Shown one piece after another: positions 58,369 to 64,000 of a stretch of DNA of 64,000 bases. The position numbers and the translations under genes are program-made. The number at the start of each line of letters is the position of its first letter. Position 1 is the first letter of the stretch. The notes below the pieces were generated by a model. That model did no database searches, had not been told where the DNA came from, and saw only the letters and a list, made by a program, of their open reading frames with translations. This DNA is from a virus, in the IMG/VR virus record IMGVR_UViG_3300034377_000007, positions 1 through 64,000 of that record; one strand, 5' to 3'.

Positions 58369-60131
58369 ACAGTCACCACCTCGTTCGCTGCGCCCCTCGT
58401 AGCTATCAGATCAACTCCCGCATCCCCTCCGGTGCTCGTCATCGTGACTCTCATCGCGTGATGGTTCACGTTGATGATGTTCTTCCCTGTGATGGGTAGT
58501 TCCACCGGGCCAGTCTGTGCCGGGTTGGAATTGAAGACCTGAATCGGCGAGGCATCGTTGAAGTTCTTAATCACTTCGACCTTGACCGGATTCGCTGTGT
58601 TATCAGCTCTCACCTGAACCTGCACTTCCGAGATCGTCGCCCCGTAGCCGTTTCCTCTCTGGTCGTCCGTTTGAACCACCATGACAGAACCAGAACCAAC
58701 ATCGAATTTATAGATTGTGAGCGCCGCACCGTCGGACGTACAGAGATACAGTTGTCGTTCGTTTGTGAAGGCCGAGACGATATTGCCCGAGACTTTCCCC
58801 GTCAGATCGATGGGTGCGCACCAGGCGTCGCGGGGGACGAACTTCGCCATGACCTTCTTCTGGTAGCACCAGACTTCATACTGGCCTTTCGGGTCATAGC
58901 CTACACAGACCGGAGCGGAAGAGGTCTGAGCGTCCCACCCTGCGAAATCCGGCAGAACCTTCGTCGCGTACTCGTAATCAGGGTCAACGCCGTTCTCGAC
59001 GACTGCGGGTTTATCCAGCCAGATCAGCAGGCGACCGTTAGCGCCCAGAGCGACGTTCTGAGGAAGAGAGATGCCAAGGTTCTCCCAGATAGCCTGGTAC
59101 TCAAGAGCAGGGGAGCCGCCGACATAGGAAAGAGCGCCCATCGAGTTCTTGCCGAAGCGTAAAGTGAGACCGTCGCCCCACCTCAGGTAGTGAACGGCGG
59201 GCTCATTCGGGAACAGGGAATTCGACGGAGGGAATGAGCCTATCTGTCCCGGCTCACCGACATAGATTATTCCGTCCGACTCAAGCCAGAGGGTGTCGTT
59301 CATCACTCCTGCAAATTGTCCGGCGGGAGGGGGAAAAGCTTTGTCCGGCGCTAAAGACTGGCCGATGAGCGCGCCGTTCGTCCATGAAATCTCTACTGCT
59401 CGGGTGTAGCCGTCAATCGTCGTTAAAGCTGACTCCGCCACTTCCCCGCCGAGGCTCGTCGGCAGTTCGTAATGATTCCCAAGGTCTGGGAAGCCTACTC
59501 GAACGACCCCTATCCCCCAATGCGTTTGACCGTTCGAGTCGGCCAGAGGCATCTGCACAATGACGCTCTGGTTGGTAAGAGTAAGGACATTCGACGGCAG
59601 GCTCTTGAGCGAGACCTGCCCTGTGTAGCTTGATACTCGCCAGATTACGACCGTGACGACTCCCGTCATCTCCGTCTGACCGGCGGAAGGGGCGCTTTTA
59701 GCGATGATCGTCGGGGCCGAGGGCTGAGCGTGTCCCGCCTGAAAGGGGCCGGTTGTGGCTCCGGCAGCATATACCCCGCCTGATTTCTTGACGAAAGAGA
59801 GGGTTGAAGACGCAATTATCCCGGCAAGTGCCAGACCGGCAAAATAGACCTGTCCCGCGCCGATGTAGCAGAGGAGATTGCGGGCGTTGAAGACTGAACC
59901 CGTGCCGGTGGTTGTGGCTGTGCCGAGTCCCGCGTAGGACTGGTCGGTCGAGAAGAAAACCCGTGATCCGACTTTACCGGCGAGGGCTGTGACGCCTTTG
60001 AAAGCGCGGACGAAGCCAAGCCCCGTGACCATAGCGTTCAAGCTTCCGGCGCACATGTGAGAGCCACCCTCGCCGCGAATAGCGGCGCTGATATACTCCA
60101 TGATTTTCCATTTGGCGAGATCAACCTTCAT
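58365..60131 (-). CDS. Large virion structural protein (588 aa), tail or nozzle candidate
   Basis: It is a complete ORF in the structural operon with beta-rich composition. I recognised no motif. Confidence 0.6.
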   Translation of the reverse strand: MKVDLAKWKIMEYISAAIRGEGGSHMCAGSLNAMVTGLGFVRAFKGVTALAGKVGSRVFFSTDQSYAGLGTATTTGTGSVFNARNLLCYIGAGQVYFAGLALAGIIASSTLSFVKKSGGVYAAGATTGPFQAGHAQPSAPTIIAKSAPSAGQTEMTGVVTVVIWRVSSYTGQVSLKSLPSNVLTLTNQSVIVQMPLADSNGQTHWGIGVVRVGFPDLGNHYELPTSLGGEVAESALTTIDGYTRAVEISWTNGALIGQSLAPDKAFPPPAGQFAGVMNDTLWLESDGIIYVGEPGQIGSFPPSNSLFPNEPAVHYLRWGDGLTLRFGKNSMGALSYVGGSPALEYQAIWENLGISLPQNVALGANGRLLIWLDKPAVVENGVDPDYEYATKVLPDFAGWDAQTSSAPVCVGYDPKGQYEVWCYQKKVMAKFVPRDAWCAPIDLTGKVSGNIVSAFTNERQLYLCTSDGAALTIYKFDVGSGSVMVVQTDDQRGNGYGATISEVQVQVRADNTANPVKVEVIKNFNDASPIQVFNSNPAQTGPVELPITGKNIINVNHHAMRVTMTSTGGDAGVDLIATRGAANEVVTV

Positions 60132-60656
60132 CTATTCAGTGTACCTTGCAGAAATAGCCCCGCATTGTTCACAGACGTAGAAACCAAGCACCCTCTTCTT
60201 GTAATAGACCTCTTCGATGAGTCGCTGAGTCCCCACCGTTTCACCTTTGGCGTTACCCGGCGTCGGCCTCTGAATCTTCTCCGGGCAATCACAGCGTTTG
60301 CCGATGCGCTTCATCGCCTCCGCTCGAGATTCGTACATATCCCTATGCGGAGGACTCTGGACAACCTCAATCGCTTTCTCAAAGAGACCTTGCAGCGCGT
60401 AGCCTTCAGCGAGTTGATTGAGGGCAGAGTGCGATCTATCACGAGACACAATCTCCCCGATCTCCCCCGCCTCTTCCTGCGCCTTCAGCGCTTCAAGCTG
60501 TTCAAGGGCCGACTGCTCCCTTGCGAGGCCAAGGAGAAAGTTGGAGTGCGGGACTGACCTGTTGATAAGGTCGCCGTGCTTCTCAAGCATCTCGGTTCGC
60601 TGACGAGCGGCGGCCTTTCGTCGCTTGGGGTCGTTGACGAGTTCTTCAAGGTTCAT
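60132..60656 (-). CDS. Hypothetical protein with C-terminal zinc ribbon (174 aa)
   Basis: It has a CDCP...CEQC pattern. Its stop abuts the start of the downstream gene. Confidence 0.55.
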   Translation of the reverse strand: MNLEELVNDPKRRKAAARQRTEMLEKHGDLINRSVPHSNFLLGLAREQSALEQLEALKAQEEAGEIGEIVSRDRSHSALNQLAEGYALQGLFEKAIEVVQSPPHRDMYESRAEAMKRIGKRCDCPEKIQRPTPGNAKGETVGTQRLIEEVYYKKRVLGFYVCEQCGAISARYTE

Positions 60657-61051
60657 AGCAGCCTTTCGTAGAGCCAGGAGGTAAAAGGCATCTGTCGCCC
60701 CTCATAAGGCTTGAGCATGAAGCCGTGAATTCGCGCCTCAAGATTGCAGGAGAATTCCAGTACTCTTCGGACAGCAGAACGATAAAGTGCTTGCAGTTCG
60801 CCGAAGGGATTGTGCGCGAGCATTACGTAATAAGAGTCGCAGGGATAAGCGCCCATTGAAAGCTTCATCTCAATTACCCGCACTCGAAGGTCTCCGACTC
60901 GAATAACCTTGTTGACTGGCGACGTGCCTCTCGGCAAGTGCTGGAATACGGTCATGCCGTCCACGAGCGCAACTCCGCGCGCGTCTCCACGCCATTCGCA
61001 AAAAACTCCGTGCGGGTATTTCCGACAAATAATCTCAGCGTCTTCTATCAT
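60653..61051 (-). CDS. Hypothetical protein (132 aa)
   Basis: It is coupled to both neighbours through overlaps. Confidence 0.55.
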   Translation of the reverse strand: MIEDAEIICRKYPHGVFCEWRGDARGVALVDGMTVFQHLPRGTSPVNKVIRVGDLRVRVIEMKLSMGAYPCDSYYVMLAHNPFGELQALYRSAVRRVLEFSCNLEARIHGFMLKPYEGRQMPFTSWLYERLL

Positions 61052-61791
61052 TAGATCACCTGCTGTTGACCAATCACGATATTTGGAATGGGTCTTACCT
61101 GCATTTCGCCCTTCATGATCAGAATAAGATCGTCCATCCCCGCCGCACGGTAGCGCTCCGAGATGGCGTCCAGAGAGTCGCCCTCCTTGACGAGCTTCGG
61201 GATTGCGAGCTTCACGATGGTGGCCTCGTACACGTCGGGAACTGAAGCGTCGGCCATCGTTCGTGTGAGCTGTATGAGGGGAATTTGCGCGCTGTAGCCC
61301 GTGAACTTGAAGCGGTTGTTAACAATCGAATAACGACATGACAGCGGGCTCGGATAACCGTTCGCGTCCACCTGATCGTGCGCCACTTGAACCCCGTCCA
61401 AAGCGCCTGAGTAGAAGGCTGCTCCCGGGAGATCGTTTCTATAAGAATCAATCTCGTCGGGGTCTGCCGGTATGCCTTCCCGGGCCGTAGCACCGGAGTA
61501 AGGAACGATTCTAGGAATACCTACCTCTCCATCATGCGCGGGGATGAAAGCATCATGTGCGACTGCCACCAGGGTACAGAGAGAGCCGAACCAGCCGTGT
61601 TGAGGATTGCTCGCTATGGCCCGAAGAATCTCCATCCCCGATTCGATTCGAGCCTGCGTGATCGCATTGTCGCCGGTTGTGGGGTGGGGCCTGCGGCGGT
61701 CATCCGTAATGGCCGTACCGTATCCGGCCGGGGCGGCGTTGATAATATCGATGATGTGGTTTTCCACTTTTACTGGGTCGCAAAATCCCAT
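61051..61791 (-). CDS. Virion structural protein candidate (246 aa)
   Basis: It is a complete ORF with 1-nt overlaps on both sides. Confidence 0.55.
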   Translation of the reverse strand: MGFCDPVKVENHIIDIINAAPAGYGTAITDDRRRPHPTTGDNAITQARIESGMEILRAIASNPQHGWFGSLCTLVAVAHDAFIPAHDGEVGIPRIVPYSGATAREGIPADPDEIDSYRNDLPGAAFYSGALDGVQVAHDQVDANGYPSPLSCRYSIVNNRFKFTGYSAQIPLIQLTRTMADASVPDVYEATIVKLAIPKLVKEGDSLDAISERYRAAGMDDLILIMKGEMQVRPIPNIVIGQQQVI

Positions 61792-62525
61792 TACATCACC
61801 CCCGCCTGCTGGACTCGCGCGATTCGTCGCCTGAACCTGCTATTGGTCTCGACCTTGCCTGCAAGGTAAGTCTGCCACCGCAACTTCCATCCTTCGACCG
61901 CCGCCTGGTAGATCGGCTGTGTGGCCGCCACCCACCTGTTCCAACCGTCGGACTCGTCCTTGACCTGTGGCATGAGCATCAGGGCCGACTCAAGCTTGAA
62001 CATCGTTACGAAATCCTGCGGGATGGGCAGCTCGCCCGTCAGAGCGATGGCGGTGAGAAGCGGCACGCGGTAGGCGATGCGAAATACGTAATCAGCCAGT
62101 TGAGTCGAGGTTAAATTAAGCTTCACCTTGATGCCCGCTGCTACACTTTGGCTTGCGTAGAAGGCTGCGGCCACGTAATCCGTTTTGTTGAGATGACGGG
62201 TGAAGTTATCGAGGTCTGCGATGACGGCCTCGTACCACGGTCTCGTTCCCGAATAGCTGACGGGGCCGTATTCCAGTTTCACGGGCTCGAAGTCCGGCAC
62301 GCCCGCAATGGTCAGGAGGTAATCAATGCCGTTACTGTTGGGAATAATGGTTGCATCGGCCAGTTCCGTCCTGTCCTCCTTCTCGCTCATTGCGAGGTCG
62401 CGGACGTAAGCCCTCAATAGATCGTTCATCGCCAGGCGAACGTCCTGATAAGGAAGCTTCACCTGCGAAGGTCTACGTAGCAGTGAGTAGACTCCGGCGA
62501 TCAATTGTTTTGAGGTATCAGCCAT
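61791..62525 (-). CDS. Virion structural protein, paralog 2 (244 aa)
   Basis: MADTSKQLIAGVYSLLRRPSQVKLPYQDV is paralogous to the N-terminus of the upstream gene. Confidence 0.6.
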   Translation of the reverse strand: MADTSKQLIAGVYSLLRRPSQVKLPYQDVRLAMNDLLRAYVRDLAMSEKEDRTELADATIIPNSNGIDYLLTIAGVPDFEPVKLEYGPVSYSGTRPWYEAVIADLDNFTRHLNKTDYVAAAFYASQSVAAGIKVKLNLTSTQLADYVFRIAYRVPLLTAIALTGELPIPQDFVTMFKLESALMLMPQVKDESDGWNRWVAATQPIYQAAVEGWKLRWQTYLAGKVETNSRFRRRIARVQQAGVM

Positions 62526-63281
62526 CTAGCTTCCCACTGGTAGATAACCGCGTGTTGACCGGGTTCGCCTGCGCCTGAATTCATCAAACCGCCTCAAAGG
62601 TTGAATGGCGGGCTCGACCGACGATGTTAGATAATCCATCCACCGCGCCCGCCAGTCCTGCACTCTCGCGGCCCACAGCACCGCCATCTCCTTCTTGAAA
62701 GTCTTCCACTCCTCCGACGAATCCCTGACCAGCGGAAGGCAATCGAGCGCCGTGTCGTACTTCAAAAGCGGAAGGAAGTTGGATGGCAGGGGCGGCCTGT
62801 CTCCGAGCTGCACGATTGCGAGAAGCGGCTGGCGGTAAGAGAGCCGAAATCGGTAATCACCGAGGTTGATCGGGTCAATATTCAGCCTGACCTTCATCCC
62901 CTCCTGCAAGGAAGAGCTGCCGTAGAAGGAGGCGGCTAAATAGTCCCTGTCGAAATGGCCCGTCCACGCGCTGAACGGGACGATTGTCGCCGCCCTCCAA
63001 ACCTGCTCCATGCCGCTCAGAACCTGCCCGTATTCGAGTCGAACGGGCTCGAAATCAGGCACGTTCGGAAGAGAGACGATGTAATCAATGTCGTCTTCGA
63101 GGAGCTGGACATCTGCGGTCTCGGTTCTCTGGTCTCGACCGTTCAAGTCCATGTCCTGCACGTACCCGCGCAGAATATCGTTCATGCGCTCAAGGATGTC
63201 CTGATACGCAAGCTTGGCCTGGCTGGGGCGTTGCAAAAGCGTGTACACCCCAGCCGCTACCTGTTGGGTCGTGTCAGGCAT
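62526..63281 (-). CDS. Virion structural protein, paralog 1 (251 aa)
   Basis: Its N-terminus is MPDTTQQVAAGVYTLLQRPSQAKLAYQDI. The two genes are colinear along their length (PDFEPV(R/K)LEYG, AA(S/A)FY(G/A)S). Confidence 0.6.
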   Translation of the reverse strand: MPDTTQQVAAGVYTLLQRPSQAKLAYQDILERMNDILRGYVQDMDLNGRDQRTETADVQLLEDDIDYIVSLPNVPDFEPVRLEYGQVLSGMEQVWRAATIVPFSAWTGHFDRDYLAASFYGSSSLQEGMKVRLNIDPINLGDYRFRLSYRQPLLAIVQLGDRPPLPSNFLPLLKYDTALDCLPLVRDSSEEWKTFKKEMAVLWAARVQDWRARWMDYLTSSVEPAIQPLRRFDEFRRRRTRSTRGYLPVGS

Positions 63282-63835
63282 TACTTCTCTTCGGCGGTCT
63301 CGGGCGTCGTCGGGCCAGTCGGCGTGGCGTTCTCACTCTGACGGGCGATGGTCGAGCCGTCAGCCGGGGCCATGCCGGGGTGCGGCGCGACGGGCTTGCC
63401 TTCCTGGCCAATACCGTAAGGCGTCTTCTCGCTGGGCTCTTCCTGCACTTCCTCCATCGGAATCTGCCCGTTGAACTGGCTGCTGGACGCGAGCGGATTG
63501 TCCGGCGCTGCCGCCTCTTTCCTCTTATCGACCACGGTAACCTCCCATGAAAGATTCCTGAGTTCTCGCGGGCGCGCGCCCGAGAACTTCTGCTCCGGGC
63601 TCATCTCCGCGCCCTTATCGGGGCCGTAGGAGATGAGCGACCTGCCGATCTGCGCGGCGACGACCGTAATCCCCTTGTCGCCTTCGAGGTCATCGCCCGT
63701 GACGACGGCGTTTCCGGTGATGTGAAAGCGGCAGTCCGTGTCCTTCCACCCCGGTAGTCGCTCGCTGTCCTTGATGGTGAATTCCAGCGTCTCGCCCAAT
63801 CCGAGCGTGATCGGTTCTCTCTGTGCTGTAGGCAT
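63281..63835 (-). CDS. Hypothetical virion protein (184 aa)
   Basis: It is a complete ORF with a beta-rich N-terminal half and a Pro/Glu-rich tail. Confidence 0.55.
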   Translation of the reverse strand: MPTAQREPITLGLGETLEFTIKDSERLPGWKDTDCRFHITGNAVVTGDDLEGDKGITVVAAQIGRSLISYGPDKGAEMSPEQKFSGARPRELRNLSWEVTVVDKRKEAAAPDNPLASSSQFNGQIPMEEVQEEPSEKTPYGIGQEGKPVAPHPGMAPADGSTIARQSENATPTGPTTPETAEEK

Positions 63836-63871
63836 TGTCCTGTGCTCCTTTATCGAATGGTTGGGCGAGGA

Positions 63872-64000
63872 TTATTCGCCGGGTTTCCTTTTTCGTCCGA
63901 GCGCCGCCGCGAGCACCTCATCCGTCTGCTTGCGCTGCGCCGCCATCTCTTCAAGAATCATCTGGTTCTGCTGCGCGACCGCGAGAAGCGCGCCGGCGAT
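63872..64000 (-). CDS. C-terminal fragment of an upstream ORF (5' end beyond window)
   Basis: The minus frame is open from the window edge to the TAA at 63872 and reads ...IAGALLAVAQQNQMILEEMAAQRKQTDEVLAAALGRKRKPGE. Confidence 0.45.
   Translation of the reverse strand: MAGALLAVAQQNQMILEEMAAQRKQTDEVLAAALGRKRKPGE

Noticed and set aside
1-64000. I searched for an integrase, recombinase or transposase, att-like duplications, rRNA, CRISPR arrays and a reverse transcriptase (retron or DGR).
   Set aside because: I recognised no ORF with the corresponding catalytic motifs. Absence is stated only for this window and only at the level of by-eye inspection.

Overview
This window looks like about 64 kb of a temperate phage or plasmid-prophage genome; I saw no rRNA, CRISPR array, transposase or integrase. 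All calls come from reading the sequence and ORF track and from remembered motifs, with no database search, so domain names are hypotheses. The left arm is on the minus strand. It holds a head/packaging module (scaffold-like partial ORF, portal, terL, terS). An 11-kb ORF follows (3690 aa) that resembles a virion-delivered polyvalent protein: LAS-like peptidase, LysM, two ART-like modules and a HEXXH site. Next come a lysis-like cassette and a 115-nt tRNA-like RNA. The replication block has a RusA-like gene, an initiator with internal iterons plus an AT-rich tract, and a ParB-nuclease-like gene. Two orphan DNA methyltransferases and a TPR/Fis-HTH regulator follow. The centre (about 34.9-38.6 kb) is the immunity region, with a cro-like gene facing an XRE repressor and an ImmA/IrrE protease. 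On the same strand come a zinc-ribbon/PYP-like PAS protein, a 268-aa protein and a 2-TM protein. This looks like the most novel candidate system: a possibly light- or ligand-linked switch plus a Rex-like exclusion pair. A near-consensus early promoter carries the same operator as the switch and drives about 17 small ORFs. After these come parA with a ParB-like gene containing internal 8-bp repeats, then an A/T-richer accessory island (HNH, lipoproteins, glycosyltransferase, SGNH hydrolase). The right arm (minus strand) is a tail/virion operon. It includes four signal-peptide proteins, a GNAT, a fibre-like protein ending in a Hint domain, and an antisense two-gene moron.
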